DNA of 46,498 nucleotides from Psammoneis japonica (Eukaryota), in contig QPGO01000039.1 of assembly GCA_008632985.1 (NCBI GenBank), forward strand, positions 558,001-604,498. The letters are read 5' to 3'. Positions 22,173 to 35,044 of this stretch are shown here, in pieces. The notes beneath the pieces are model-generated. The model had not been told where the DNA came from, ran no database searches, and saw only the letters and a list, made by a program, of their open reading frames with translations. Numbering within the stretch: position 1 is the first letter of the stretch; every line of letters begins with the position of its first letter. The position numbers were made by a program, and so were the translations under genes.

Positions 22173-24927
22173 TCACAGTTTGGTCGAAGGCATGACAACA
22201 GAGGTGCAACTGCGACGGTTGTTGGCCTTGTCCCTAGCGACAACCTTCAATTCCACTTTTCCTGCGCATTTGATCTTGAGATCACCGTTGGGCTTCTTCC
22301 TGAACAGGCACTTATCATTATTGCTCTCTTCAAGGAAGACCTTACTACCAGCTTGGACCTTTCGGACCTTCCCTCCAGCTTTGATAATGGCATTGGTAGA
22401 CTGAACACCACAGTTGTCGGTTGCTCCGAATCTGACGGAATATTTACCACGGCGAGGGTTAATGGATTTCAAAGTGCACCATACACGAGGACGCGTGAGA
22501 TCTTGAACAGCGATTGTCGCCTTGCACGAGCTTGACTGGCCACTCTGATTCTCGGCCGTAAGTGTCACAAGATTGTTCCCAACATTTTCACATGTAAATG
22601 AGCGAGGGGTTGCCGAGAGCGACACGTTGCCGCAGTCGTGAAGCGTTCCGTCGAAGATTTCAGATACAGAAACGGCTGCCGATCCACCACCACCAATGGC
22701 AAGGGCCGTGCTTTTGCACTTAGGTTGAAGATCGCATTTTGGCTCGACCTTTGGACACACATCATCGATTGTCTCCTCGGAGCTGTATTCGATACAACCC
22801 CCGCCATTTCTTGCGTTGCATTCGGTGCACGCTCGAGCATCACTTTTACATCCAATGCATCGAGCAGTGATACTCGCGTTGTAACAGCTATTTTGACCTG
22901 AACAGGATAGAAATACGAATCGGGTTAAATGATCGCCAAAATCGAGAAATGCATCTAAAAGGTTCATACGGTATGCGAAGCGTACCCGTGCAATCCACAA
23001 TGTCTGCGTTGATTTCGGCATCTTTGCAGCTCCAGAGGTCTAATAGAGAGAATAATTGTGTAAGAACAAAAAAAAAATGTGATAGGAAAAGAGAGAATCA
23101 TCAAAAGCAGTTGGTCGCACCTGAGCACTCGATTTTGCTTTTTGTCGCATTTATCTTGGCGCCACGACAGTTACCTTCAACGTGCACAACACATGTAACA
23201 GTAAGAGACATGCAATTGGCGACAAGCGAACATATCAAGTTCAAGCGTACCGGAACAGTCGACTTCGTCAGCTGTAATCTTTGCTTCGGAACACGTCCCA
23301 GAGCAATTGACTTCATGGGCATCGATTTCGGCGCGGTAGCAATTTCCTTAGACATAAAGCAACAAAACAAAATCGTAAGTCAAATCAGCGATGCGTATGC
23401 ACTGGTACTCAAACTTAATAACCTTACCCGCACAATCCACTTTTGCTGCCTTGAGCGTAGCATTGTAGCAAGTACTGAAAGGACCAGTACAATTTACATT
23501 CTTTGTTGTCGTGATACTGGAATGCTCGCACGCATATTCACCGTCGCAATCAACACCATCGGATGCTGTGATTGTGGCATTGGAACAACTCGTGACCCCG
23601 CTACAGTTGACGTGGGCTGATATAAAGAGTGCGGCATCTCTGCAACTGTCACTACCTGGAAGCCCCGGTTGCGCATGGTTGAGAGAGGATGAGAAAACAA
23701 GACGATCTTTTCGAGCATAAGAGAAGAGTTCGGGAAGAGTGACGTACTTTGGCAATCGATATCAGCCATTGCCATTATGGAGGCACCTTTACAGCTTGCA
23801 GAAGCTGAGAAGGTGAAGCGCGAAGCGTACCGTAGGATGAGTGTATTAAGGGCCGCGTCGAGAAAACATGGAGATACAACAAAAGACTATTCCGAACGTA
23901 CCAGAGCAATCGACCTGGGTTGCATTGATTTCCGAATCCACGCAAGAATGGGAATAACCTAACCCAACAAAGCAATGATCAGAATACCGCCCTCTCTAGT
24001 GACGACAAACCAAATGACTCGCAATCATGATTTGCACTTACCGGCGTTACTACAATTTACCATTGTCGCCTTGGAGATTTTGGCACCGTCGCAGACTCCT
24101 GGAGCAAGAACAATTTGACACATGAGAATTGTGAGTGACCCGCGACTCACAGAGTAAGAGGCGACGGGTAAAAAGTACGTACCATGTCCAAAGCAACTGA
24201 CGTTGTCCGCCTTGATAATGGCTCGATGACAACAGCCTGGAAAATGAAAAGGAAGAAACATGAGTAACAGTAATTGTATCCAAATTTTCAGGTTCTCACG
24301 TATGCAATTTACCTTTACAGTTTTGGGAGCAATGTACCTCATCAGCTGAAATTTTCGCATCTGCGCAGCTTCCGATTTGACCAACACAATCGACTTTGCT
24401 TGCCGTGATTGTGGAGTTAACGCAGCCAAAATAGCCTAGTCAACAAGGAAAGGAAGCAAAAATTGAGTGTGCCAGACACGGCAGATTATTCAAAGAAGAA
24501 GCATCAGAAACGCAAAGCGCAGCCGTACCGCATGTGACAGCCCCCCCGGCGGAGATGGTAGCATCACGACAATTCCCCTTATTGATGTCTCTGAAAGAAA
24601 ATGGACCAGGGAAGCAAGAGACGTCATTCTTTGCCAAGATTGATGACCCGGAACAGCTTGAAGATACTAACACAAGAAAGAGAAGAATCACAATTGAAGC
24701 GAGAGAGTAAGAACGCCGCCGCCATATGTATGTGTGAAGTCCGCTGACTGCGACAATCGAATTATCATACCATAACATCCAACATTTTCACAGCCACTTG
24801 TGGAGCAGCTACCGCACTTTGACCTGGGATAGTCATCCTTCGCAAATGAGCACTGCAGGAGCGAAGGTTGGGCGCTTGTTGAGCCGCTCAGAACGAGGGC
24901 AATCATCGAAGCAAACTTGCGAATCAT
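22173..24927 (-). CDS. Secreted Cys-rich repeat protein with C-terminal HYR-like domain, about 12 exons
   Basis: Signal peptide MIRKFASMIALVLSGSTSA. Short GT-AG-bounded exons encode C..A.I.A..V.C.G units. The last exon has DCG...FTCENVGNNLVTLTA...SCKATIAVQDLTRP. Confidence 0.75.
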
Positions 24928-25593
24928 CTTTTATAAATAGTAGAGACTCTTGAAACTGCTCGGGAATGAAAGAGACAGAGAGAGACAGAGAGAGAGAGAG
25001 AGACAAACCTCTTTAGATTTATCAGGGGATAGTCAAAGCGACATAACGGGGAAGAGAAGCAATAAACTGCTGTCCTAGCAAAAAAGACACGAACCTGTAT
25101 GAGGTTTCTTTTGTATCCACTCAGTGTTGCACCACGATTGTGGATGTATCCGATTGGCACTCTCAGGAAGATTGCTGACAAAAAATAATGAGCTTGATTC
25201 ATTCATCGTTTCATCCGCGATCCGCGACTTTCATCCGCGACTCGCGGCTTGCGGAAGAACAAAATTACAAGATCTTCTACCTTTCTCCTCCACCCGCCAC
25301 CTCTTTGTCCATGTTACAATCTTGTTTTCTCGATTTCTTTGGCAATCTTTCCAAAGTTCCATAAGTGATCTTCTAGCGCAAGCTCAGTTGCAACAACTGT
25401 TGAAGAAATGTTAGATTTCAGGTTCAAGGTTTCGCTCGCAAAGTCACTCATCATTGGCTAAATCTCTCACCCTACTACTACTCCCATCCTAGATAAATCA
25501 AATCTCTAAAACAACCCCATTCTGTAAAACACATTGCAGTTCGTGGAGTTCTTGTTGCGGCGAACCATCATCATGGTGCCGTTTTCAGTTTGG

Positions 25594-25689
25594 ATCCACT
25601 CTCCATCGTGAGTCTATGCGGAGACCTTCGTGTGCGTGCGAGCGCGCGCGAAGAACGGTCGACGCATAGACTCACGATGGAGAGTGGAT
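25594..25689. repeat. Perfect 27-bp inverted repeat forming a ~96-nt hairpin
   Basis: ATCCACTCTCCATCGTGAGTCTATGCG (25594-25620) and its exact reverse complement (25663-25689). The inner segment also pairs. Confidence 0.95.
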
Positions 25690-26232
25690 TGGATCGGACG
25701 TAGGACGGACTAACCGAGTTTTCGAATTCCGATTCCGGCTTTCAGCGATTGAACAAATCCTGTTAAATATCCGGGTCGCGATATTTAACGGTCATTCTCA
25801 TCTCGCGTCATTGTGACATGTGCACAAGAGTTGTCGCCCTAAGTATCAATGTAACATTTTCAGAAAGCCATCATAAACGTTAAGTACACTTTCCACGACT
25901 GTAAACGTCACAAGATTAACGAGAGCCAATGATTTTGCAGCATTTCGTTTTGGGTGCAAATTTTCGAAAGAACTCGCCTATCTAATTCAAGTGCGTGGCA
26001 AATCGCTTTAGTACGTTTCTACGTGAATTCTCCGTAGAGAATTCCGATGGTTTTCTGCCTGCCGTGGCAACAAAACAGCGCACTCCTCACAACAACATCA
26101 GCTGCTGCACCAGATCAGAACTGTTTCGGCGAAACTATTGCTCTGACATTTGTTCTTTTTGATCCACATCATCATTCTCTTTTCGAAGTTGCAATTGCGG
26201 AGACCATCGAAAGTCTACCAAGTATTTTAACC

Positions 26233-26718
26233 ATGCGCCCGGTCATCAAGGCTACCGTTCTAATTTCCGCATCGGCGTTTCTCTCTGTCGAGGCCTTTTC
26301 CCCGGCGCCCCAGCATCAAAAGATCTCTTCTTCTTCTACAAGACTCGGTTTGCTCCCCGAACAAGGATCTCAATTGGTGGCTGCCTTCAACGCAGCAGCA
26401 CACGGCAACGCTGAGACTGACGAAGATATTGACTTTGATTTCTACCACGAGATGGAGCAACATGCTCCATGCATGGTAGACGCACCCGAAGAGAAACATC
26501 ACGTGACGGGAGCCATGAGAGCCTTTGTATCACGTTTGTTTCACCTTTCCCCCGAAGATGACATTGTCATGTATCCAGTGGTTGGCTTTCAATGGATCAA
26601 GAGTGACAACAACGAATACCGGGTCCTGCCCACCACGAGTGCTGCTTCCTGCAGGCTTCCGCAAACCAATGATGAAGAAGTCGTTGGATGGTTCAGTCCG
26701 TCATGTTATTTGGATTAG
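26233..26718 (+). CDS. Putative plastid-targeted protein of unknown function
   Basis: MRPVIKATVLISASAFLSVEAFSP signal plus AF motif, Ser-rich transit-like segment; 161 aa. Confidence 0.7.
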   Translation: MRPVIKATVLISASAFLSVEAFSPAPQHQKISSSSTRLGLLPEQGSQLVAAFNAAAHGNAETDEDIDFDFYHEMEQHAPCMVDAPEEKHHVTGAMRAFVSRLFHLSPEDDIVMYPVVGFQWIKSDNNEYRVLPTTSAASCRLPQTNDEEVVGWFSPSCYLD

Positions 26719-26882
26719 GGAAAACCACAAGATCGAGAAAAACAGAAAAAAAAGTCACTACACAAGCTCACCCAAACCATTGAACATAATCACTCACATA
26801 CTGCACAGTTCATGAACTTTATAACCTAGCATGTTTACTATTGATCATGACTACAGTAGTACTCTTTGCTATCGATACTGGT

Positions 26883-27281
26883 AGTATTGGTAGTCGCATA
26901 CTAAAGCAAGAACGTCACATGCCATTGATGCATACTTGAGGCTTGAAGGACGTGAAAAGCGCGTTGGTGGCAGATTCCGGCGACGGCTAGCTACTCTACC
27001 AGTTTCAGTGTCTTACTCTACCTGTCGGAGTCGGTTGACTTGAAGGGAGAACTAGGCTACAGTGCCAATTACTCTCCGTTTTCTATATATAGTATTGTTA
27101 TTGGCATACTAAAGCAAAAAAGGGACATGCCATTGATGTGCACATTAGGCTTGCAGGACTTGAAAAGCTTGTTGCAGGCAGGTCCTGGCGAGACGGCGAA
27201 CTGCTGTAACAGTTTCAGTGTCTTACTCTACCTGTCGGAGTCGGTTGAGTTGAAGGGAGAACTAGGCTACTGTGCCAACTA
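26883..27281. repeat. Diverged tandem duplication, period 208 bp
   Basis: Units start at 26883 and 27091 and share GCATACTAAAGCAA and CAGTTTCAGTGTCTTACTCTACCTGTCGGAGTCGGTTGA. Confidence 0.9.
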
Positions 27282-27552
27282 ATGTTCAAAGATTGCTTCT
27301 CTCCAATGAAGTCCTTTTCTGTAAGCTTATCATTTGATTGGGAAGTAAGTATAAGTCGAATTGAAACCAGCCTCATTCAATACTCGTAGGAGTTTGCTGA
27401 CAACAGTCTGAAGGTTTTAAGAAGATAAGATTGCGACAACTACGACTATCCACATTGTTTTCATTAGCGATGCCCGTGGCGGATAAAAACGCAACTAGTA
27501 GTACTGCGGTATTTTAAACGCTCAGCTTGGAGCCAACAGCGTTTTCGGTTCA

Positions 27553-28365
27553 TCAAATAGTACTACCAGAAACGAGATTGATAGCCGGAACAATTCCACA
27601 GTCTGCGCAAAGCTTCAAGGTATCGTCATCCTTGCTTCCTGACATGTAGTCGAGATAGGTGTCAGAAAGAAAGATTTTTCGTGCTGTCCGGGTGACAGTG
27701 GTAAGTGCAGACTCAAAATCCTTGCGAGCAAGATGGTCTCCTTGAAATTTGTCATGAGTTTCGCTTGCTCCGTGTGACAGCGCACGACGCAACCAGAGAA
27801 CGGATTGAACCTCATTGACGGTATGGCCACGCTTTCCCTGAAGCAAGTAGTCAAAGCCATACACCAACTGGGCACGCGCATGGTTATTATGAGCTGCCTC
27901 CTTGATCCACCGGACGCCCTCCGCCTCATTGCCTTGTTGGAAAGAACACATTGAAGCTAAAAACTGGGCGTTCTTGTGACCGGCAGAAGCCGCATCGAGG
28001 AGAAGCTTCATGCCTTTCTCGTTCTTGACGAAATCACCGAAATCAGCTTCAGCCTCAAACATTTCAAAAGCTTGATCTGCCAGTGTGTTTGCCTCCTCGC
28101 TGCAAGGAAAGGTGCAAACTTCGTCCTCGTCTTGAGTGATATGCCCCCATTCATCAGGAATATCACAAAGTAGACGACACAAGCTCTTGTGAGTTTTCCA
28201 GTCCGCTTTTTGGCACTCTCGAGTGCAGTAGCGTACAATATGGCACTTGCTACACTTCGCGACGCAGGCGGGTGCGAAGCAGGTATTGCAGACGCCCAGA
28301 GTGCCTCTGCAGATACTGCTGACGCCGTTCTCACCAATCGAGATGGAACCAAGTATCATCGACAT
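27553..28365 (-). CDS. MYND zinc finger + SEL1-like repeat protein
   Basis: CNTC..CSKCHIVRYCTRECQKADWKTHKSLC; AASAGHKNAQF and AAHNNHARAQL repeats. Confidence 0.88.
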   Translation of the reverse strand: MSMILGSISIGENGVSSICRGTLGVCNTCFAPACVAKCSKCHIVRYCTRECQKADWKTHKSLCRLLCDIPDEWGHITQDEDEVCTFPCSEEANTLADQAFEMFEAEADFGDFVKNEKGMKLLLDAASAGHKNAQFLASMCSFQQGNEAEGVRWIKEAAHNNHARAQLVYGFDYLLQGKRGHTVNEVQSVLWLRRALSHGASETHDKFQGDHLARKDFESALTTVTRTARKIFLSDTYLDYMSGSKDDDTLKLCADCGIVPAINLVSGSTI

Positions 28366-28881
28366 GATGGTGCGTCTCAGGTCAGTAGTTGGTGCTGGGC
28401 ACAGTATTAATAGTTCATCAACAGCAACGTGTCATACACAGCATGACATGTTGCGTTGTGAGATGTGAGAAGATCGATGGCACATCAAAAATGGCGCACG
28501 CACCGGGCAGGACCGCGCGTGTCGCTCATAGCTTTTTGAAAATAAACAAAAACATACAGGCATGACGGAAATTTCATGCACTCTTCAATTTATAAACATA
28601 TTCGTGACTAAATTTTATATTCAAATTGCAACGCGATTCAACACATTTTGATGCATTTTGTCGAATACCGACCAAATCAATGAGCGCGGTTCGCTTCACA
28701 TTTTCTCCATCCTTCGATCCCCCCTCCCACGTTGGGAGTGTTCGATCCCAATCTCAATCACTCTACTGTAGCAATCATTTTAAAATACGAGAAGCTACCG
28801 TGAATGAGTTTTTGCTGACGAGAGAGCATTTGCAGCAACAGTTCATCACTCCGTTGGGTCCGATATCTCACAATCAGACCC

Positions 28882-30464
28882 ATGCGTAATTCCATTAAAA
28901 GAGCAGCATCTTTGGTTGCAGCACTGATCCTGGCTACTTGCGTTAGCGGCCATGACGGGCACAACAGCTTTGTCCGCACTCATCATTGCGGAGCGCACGA
29001 CCTTACCTCTGAACAGCTTCAACAAGATGCGGCGCGAATGAATCAAAGAAGATACAGGCGACGTCGAACCGAGAAATGTGTGCAATGCATCAAAATCGAT
29101 ACTTACTTCCATATTATCAGCGGCTCCAACGGGGTTGGTAATGTGACCAACAGAGCAATACAAAAGCAGATTGACGTTCTAAATACCGCTTTTGGGAGAA
29201 CCGCCTTTTACTTCGAACTGGACAGCATTACTCGAACAGCAAATGATCAATGGTTTTCATTATCTGATCCCCGCGAGGAAACAAGTGCAGCATTCGAAAG
29301 AGAAATGAAGGATTCTCTGAGACAGGGTGGTGCAACAGCATTGAACATTTACTCGGTCGATATGAAATATCTCGGATTTGCGTCGTCACCCATTGAGTAC
29401 TCGGTCTCAGACTCCAAGAATGATGGAGTCGTTGTTCTCCATTCGACATTACCCGGAGGCGTCGCCCACCCATTCAATTTTGGTTTCACTTTAGTTCACG
29501 AGGTTGGTAAGTAGAATACGAGGTGCGAACGATAGAGCATTGATATCCATTTATTGACGAGCTGGGACTTAACCTTATTGTTGTAGGTCACTGGCTGGGG
29601 CTATTACACGTATTCGCACCCGATTGTGATGGACCGGGGGACATGGTCCATGACACTGCACCTCAACGGTCTCCAACATATGGATGTTCCGAGAGAAAAG
29701 ACTCGTGTCACGAGCATCCTGGGAAAGACAATGTGAAAAACTTTATGGATTACAGTGACGATGCTTGCATGTCAGAGTTTACATCTGGTCAAGCGGAAAG
29801 AATGCTTGACCAGTGGTACATTTATCGCCAGAAAGATGAAGAATGCGGACCAGGTGAAGTGATTATTGAAGTTGATGTCAATCTGGACGAGAAACCAGAA
29901 GAGATATCTTGGAGTCTCGTCAATGAAGGAGGATCTTCGATGGCCGCAAGAAGCTATGATGCCAACCGTGACAGCAACGACCGCCTTGTATCCGATTTTT
30001 GTATCCCTGTAGGAGTGTACGTCTTTACTATCCTCGATCAAGGAGGAGATGGAATTTGTTGCGACAAGGGAGAAGGCAGATATAAGATTTCTGTTGACGG
30101 TGAACCAATCAAAAAGGGAGGAAACTTTGGGCACCAAGAATCCACGGAAATCATGGTTCAGCATGCTAACCAAAAGGATCAACTATCAAATGAGACTGAC
30201 GCCATTGCTAACGCCCCAGATCCATCTCCTAACATAACTTCAGAATCATCTTCGTCGATTGCGACCCATGAAGGCGTAGGTCTTACATCAATGGTGGAAG
30301 AGACGGAGAATGCATCGAGTCTCCCGGCATGGTTAACATGGCTCTGCGTTATTCTTATGACATTCGCAGCGGGGTGTTTGGTGTATCTCTCTGTTCCCTT
30401 GCTCATCAGTTGCTCTTCACCCGTCGAAATCGAAACTGAGGAAGTTGACAAAGAGATTCCGTGA
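28882..30464 (+). CDS. M43 (pappalysin/ulilysin-like) zinc metalloprotease, copy 1; intron 29507-29586
   Basis: Signal peptide, HCG Cys-switch, spliced HEVGHWLGLLH, NFMDYSDDACM Met-turn, C-terminal TM helix. Confidence 0.93.
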
Positions 30465-30970
30465 CCAACAAGTGCACGGCATGGAAGATATCGTGTTTTC
30501 CTTTTCCTACAAGGCAACCAGTTTGCTGTTCTACTTGTATAGCTGACCCTCGACTCCTGGCCTCCAAAGAAATAGAAACCCTTATTTTGAGGTTGCTCAC
30601 GGGACTTGCAGACTAGCATCTCTGCGCGGTCCTTGTTGAAAAAGGTCAGGTATCAGCCATATTCGGGACTTCTGTCTTTTAAGTTACACGCAGCAGTGCA
30701 TTTGTCTACTTTACATTACATTCGACTGCGTTCGGAGACACAACATTCGTGTTTGACACTACTTTGATGGCCAAAACAGCCTCCACTATCCTCATGGACT
30801 GTGTTTGAGAAATGCTTGCCATGCACTCGTTTTGCTTGTCACGGGCTCACCGGCAACCGAAAATGGTCCCAGCTAATCACAGAAACTCTTCGGGGCTTGC
30901 GACTTCGCACCTAATTCAGGTACACCTCCCAGAACTCCGCTGTCTGCCTTTGCAGCAGCGGCGGCTGCAG

Positions 30971-31150
30971 CCGATCAAAGAAGAGACAATCGTCTCCTAC
31001 AATGATGACGCTTAGTGGCTATACTGCAACTCAGGCCGCAGCCAGCACGAGTCCAAGCCACCGATAAAAGAAGAGACAACCGTCTCCTACAATGAGGATG
31101 CGCAGTTGCTATACTGTAACTCAGGCCGTAGCTAGCAAGAGTCCAAGCCA
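30971..31150. repeat. Two 90-bp tandem units
   Basis: CCGAT(C/A)AAAGAAGAGACAA...GTCCAAGCCA at 30971 and 31061. Confidence 0.9.
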
Positions 31151-31262
31151 CACAAAAAAAGGATTCGAGAAGAAGACACAGCAGTTTTCTTTCTCAGCGT
31201 ACAGTAGAATGAAAATGCGAATGCTTATAAATCAATGAAAAGTACACTTTAAGCTAAAAGTG

Positions 31263-32657
31263 TCATTCGAAACCGCGCACGAACATATTGTTGCCGCCCT
31301 CATCTCTCCCAGAGCTGGGCCACTTCAACAAAAGGTTCGAACCTGGCCGAGATGGTGAGCCCTGAGCCAATGCCAGTTCATTGGAACTTAATTTGGGTAC
31401 GAACGCCCCGCATCCCCTCTCTGAATGATTCATAGCCTGGGCTCGAAACGGGTTCCCATCATTTAGGTTTGAATTAACTCCAATCAGCAAAATGTCTGGT
31501 GTTGGATTCAGAGGTGGTAACCATCCTTCGACCTTCACCGTGGAATTAATGTAGAGACTCGGATCAAACCTTCCGGCACAGTAATTTTCTTCGAAACTGC
31601 CTCGGTGATCTGTTTGGATGGCATAAACGTCCATAAGTCCGTCTCCATTCACATCCAGAACCTCCAAATCTGGAGAGGTGAACGGAAGCATCATTTCATA
31701 GTATGGCTGAACCATGTCAAAATATGGCTTGTCTTTCCCCAATCCGCGGAATATCTTTAATCTCTGGTTGCGAGAATATCCGACAACAGACACTAGGTCA
31801 AGCACACCGTCCCCGGTCACGTCGGCGATACGGGCGCTTCGCATACTCTTGGAGCGGGGCAGATAGTATCTAGAAAATCGATTCTTTTTTTTCTGTATCA
31901 GGATAGATGATCGTTGATTAGTTCTTGAGCAAAACAGCAAGTCATCCAAACCGTCGCTGTTAAAATCGGCAACTACAACTCGAGACAGCTTGACTTCTCT
32001 GTTGATTTTCTTGTTTCGAACTTCCCTAAAAAGCCGCCCGCTTTTATTTTTGGGTATTAATTTGTACAGTCTGTGCCAGTTTGGAAGACTATCCGATCGT
32101 GGTGCGCCGCTGGTGGTGATCAGCAATAGCTTTGTTCCGTTTGCACCTGTCAAAGGTATCGCGTCCCGAGATCGCATGGAAGGAGTGTCGTACAAACCAT
32201 GGTTGAGTACTTTTTCAAGTGAGCCATCTGGCTGTGTAATGTAAACTTCATTGTGTCCCTTTCCGGTTCCCCTTAAGGCCCCAATGGTACAAATCAAGTC
32301 CAAAAGACCGTCGTTGTTGACGTCCATGGCGCCACAACCGTGTCGATCAATGCCTGTCCTTCCACCAACTTCATCTCTATCAGCAAGACGTGCAACCTCA
32401 CTTGGTTCCCATGCACCGTCACTATTCTCGCAATAGGGTATCTCTGGCTTTTGATGACCAACCCACCAGTATGTCCTTGAATTGCCACACCACGGCGACC
32501 CCTCGGGTGCCATTATTGTGGGCCCAAACACTCGAGAGAGAGGCTCTACAACAGTTACCTCAGGTTGGTCGGCAAAGTCGCCTTGTATGCTGGCATGGCA
32601 TGGTGGAATGCCAACCGCTACACCAAAAATGAGAATCGGATTCAAGTTTTTCTTCAT
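31263..32657 (-). CDS. Secreted FG-GAP/VCBS repeat protein
   Basis: DVNNDGLLDL, DFNSDGLDDL, DVTGDGVLDL and DVNGDGLMDV motifs; N-terminal hydrophobic signal; intronless. Confidence 0.88.
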   Translation of the reverse strand: MKKNLNPILIFGVAVGIPPCHASIQGDFADQPEVTVVEPLSRVFGPTIMAPEGSPWCGNSRTYWWVGHQKPEIPYCENSDGAWEPSEVARLADRDEVGGRTGIDRHGCGAMDVNNDGLLDLICTIGALRGTGKGHNEVYITQPDGSLEKVLNHGLYDTPSMRSRDAIPLTGANGTKLLLITTSGAPRSDSLPNWHRLYKLIPKNKSGRLFREVRNKKINREVKLSRVVVADFNSDGLDDLLFCSRTNQRSSILIQKKKNRFSRYYLPRSKSMRSARIADVTGDGVLDLVSVVGYSRNQRLKIFRGLGKDKPYFDMVQPYYEMMLPFTSPDLEVLDVNGDGLMDVYAIQTDHRGSFEENYCAGRFDPSLYINSTVKVEGWLPPLNPTPDILLIGVNSNLNDGNPFRAQAMNHSERGCGAFVPKLSSNELALAQGSPSRPGSNLLLKWPSSGRDEGGNNMFVRGFE

Positions 32658-33505
32658 TGTCAGTTGTGTCGCGTTCGGAAAAGATTAAAATAAATCAGAG
32701 GGTTGTCACAGATTTGCATTGAAAATCTCACGGAAACGTGGTCGAATCGGATTTGCGAAAAAGAAAATTGCCCTCACGTTAAGTATTGGCAGGAAGGATG
32801 CTTACGATACGTTTTGTCTATGATACCTGTTTCTATAGTAGTTTCTGGTATGTAGATGGTAAGGAGTCTTTATGCCAGGACATCGTGTCTTTTCTCTCGC
32901 TTCCCGCGCCGTTTGCCCTAATTGCTCTTACAAAAAATGTCCAAACTCTTCTGTCTAATGTTAGGAAAATGCACAGGCTTATGTAGTGATTCTCGACTTC
33001 TCGTTAGGGACATTTTTCGACCGATGGATGACTGCCGCCTGACGACTGACTCTGCCTGGACGTTCACGAAAAACACAAATAATCGTGATTCTGGTTGTCT
33101 TTTGCCTTCAGTCTTGCCTCGAAACACTTCCACATAACGAGGTCATTTTGATTCAATGACAGCCGTCAAGTCTAGGCCCTATCGTTACTGTAGTGCGTGG
33201 CATGGACATCATGCAATCGTTGATTATTTGTGCTTTGGGCGCGATTCGACCTTCCCGCCTAACATTGATGATTAACGAATTCGTTGTTAGAATGTCGTCC
33301 CACTATGCAGTATTTCCATGCGAACACCATGTTGCATGTAGGGCCCTTTGACACATTCATCGAATACCGGACGGCGAAGTTGACACGGCGGATTCGCATT
33401 CGCATTCGCTCCATCATCACTCTCTGCTCTGTGCTGGTTCATTCCCATAAACTGCTCATCTCTATTCTCTATCTCTCTCTATCCCTTTCTCAAATTTTCA
33501 GTTGC

Positions 33506-35044
33506 ATGCGCGGCACCTTTGTGACAATAGCAACATCTGGGATTGCAGCGCTGATCCTGACTACTGGCGTTACTGGGCATAACAGCTTTGCCCGCACTAG
33601 TCGTTGTGGAACACACGACCTTACCGCTGAACAACGTGAGCAAGATGCTTTACGAATGGCACAAAGACAACACAATAGACGTCGAACCGAGAAATGCATA
33701 CAATGTATCAAAGTTGATACCTACTTCCACGTTATTACTGATTCCAACGGAGTTGGCAATGTCACCGAGAGAACGATACAAAAACAGATTTTCGTCCTAA
33801 ACACCGCCTTCGAGAGAACCGCCTTTCATTTCGAGCTGAAGCAAGTCACTCGGACAGCAAATGATAAATGGTTTTCATTATCTGGTCCTAGCGAAGAATC
33901 AAGCTCTGGACGAGAAATGAAGGAATCGTTGAGACAGGGCGGTGCGACAGCATTAAACATTTACTCCGTCAACATGAAATATCTCGGATATGCCACTCCC
34001 CCGATTGAGTTCTCAGTCTCGGATTCCAAGAATGATGGGGTCGTTGTTCTCCATTCGACTTTACCTGGAGGCGTGGCTTACCCTTTCAATTTTGGCTTCA
34101 CTTTAGTCCACGAGGTCGGTAAGTATGAGGTGTGAACCGCGGCAAAGTCTTGGTCGTTGCCTCCACTGACAAGCTTGAGTTGATCGCGTTGTTATAGGTC
34201 ACTGGCTTGGTCTCTTGCATGTGTTTGCCCCCGATTGTGATGGTCCGGGAGACATGGTCCAAGACACTCCATCTCAAAGATCTCCAACATATGGATGTGT
34301 TGAAAAGAAGGACTCCTGTCAAGATCATCCTGGTAGTGACAATATAAGGAACTTTATGGATTACAGTGACGATGCTTGCATGGTCGAGTTTACCGTTGGT
34401 CAAGCGGAAAGAATGCTTGACCAATGGTACATTTATCGCCAGAAAGATGAAGAATGCGGATCTGGCGAGGTGATTATTGAAATTGATGTTAAACTGGACG
34501 AGAAACCAGAAGAGACATCTTGGAGTCTCGTCAATGAAGGAGGATCTTTGATCGCCGCAAGAGGCTATGATGCCAATCGTGACAGCAACGATCGTCTTGT
34601 ATCCGATTTTTGTATCCCTGTAGGAGTGTACATCTTTACTATCCTCGATCAAGGAGGAGATGGAATTGGAGAGGGTAGGTACAAGATCTCTGTTGACGGT
34701 AGACCAATTATAAAGGGAAGAACTTTGGATATGAAGAATCCACAGAAATCGTGGTAGTCCCGGCACCAGACAATGACCAAGTATCAGACGGCGATGATGC
34801 CATTCCAAACACCTCAAGTCGACCTCCCGAAGCTTCTCCGTTGATTTCGACCCATCAAGGCGCGACGTTCTTACCGGAAGAGACGGAGCCGCCACCAAGT
34901 CTTTCACCCTGGATGAAATGGCTCTTTGTGATTCTCATGGTATGCGCAGCAGGATGTTTGGTCTACCTTTCTGTCCCCATGCTTAGCAGTCGCTCTCCGC
35001 TCGTCGAAATCGAGACTAAAGAAGTTGGCAAAGATATTCCGTGA
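33506..35044 (+). CDS. M43 zinc metalloprotease, copy 2; intron 34119-34197; 1-nt frameshift near 34720
   Basis: Colinear with copy 1, same intron position within HEVG|HWLGLLH, same TM tail. Confidence 0.9.

Noticed and set aside
30971..31150. 90-bp repeats as a CRISPR array or coding repeat
   Set aside because: Only two adjacent units with no spacers, and each has an in-frame stop.
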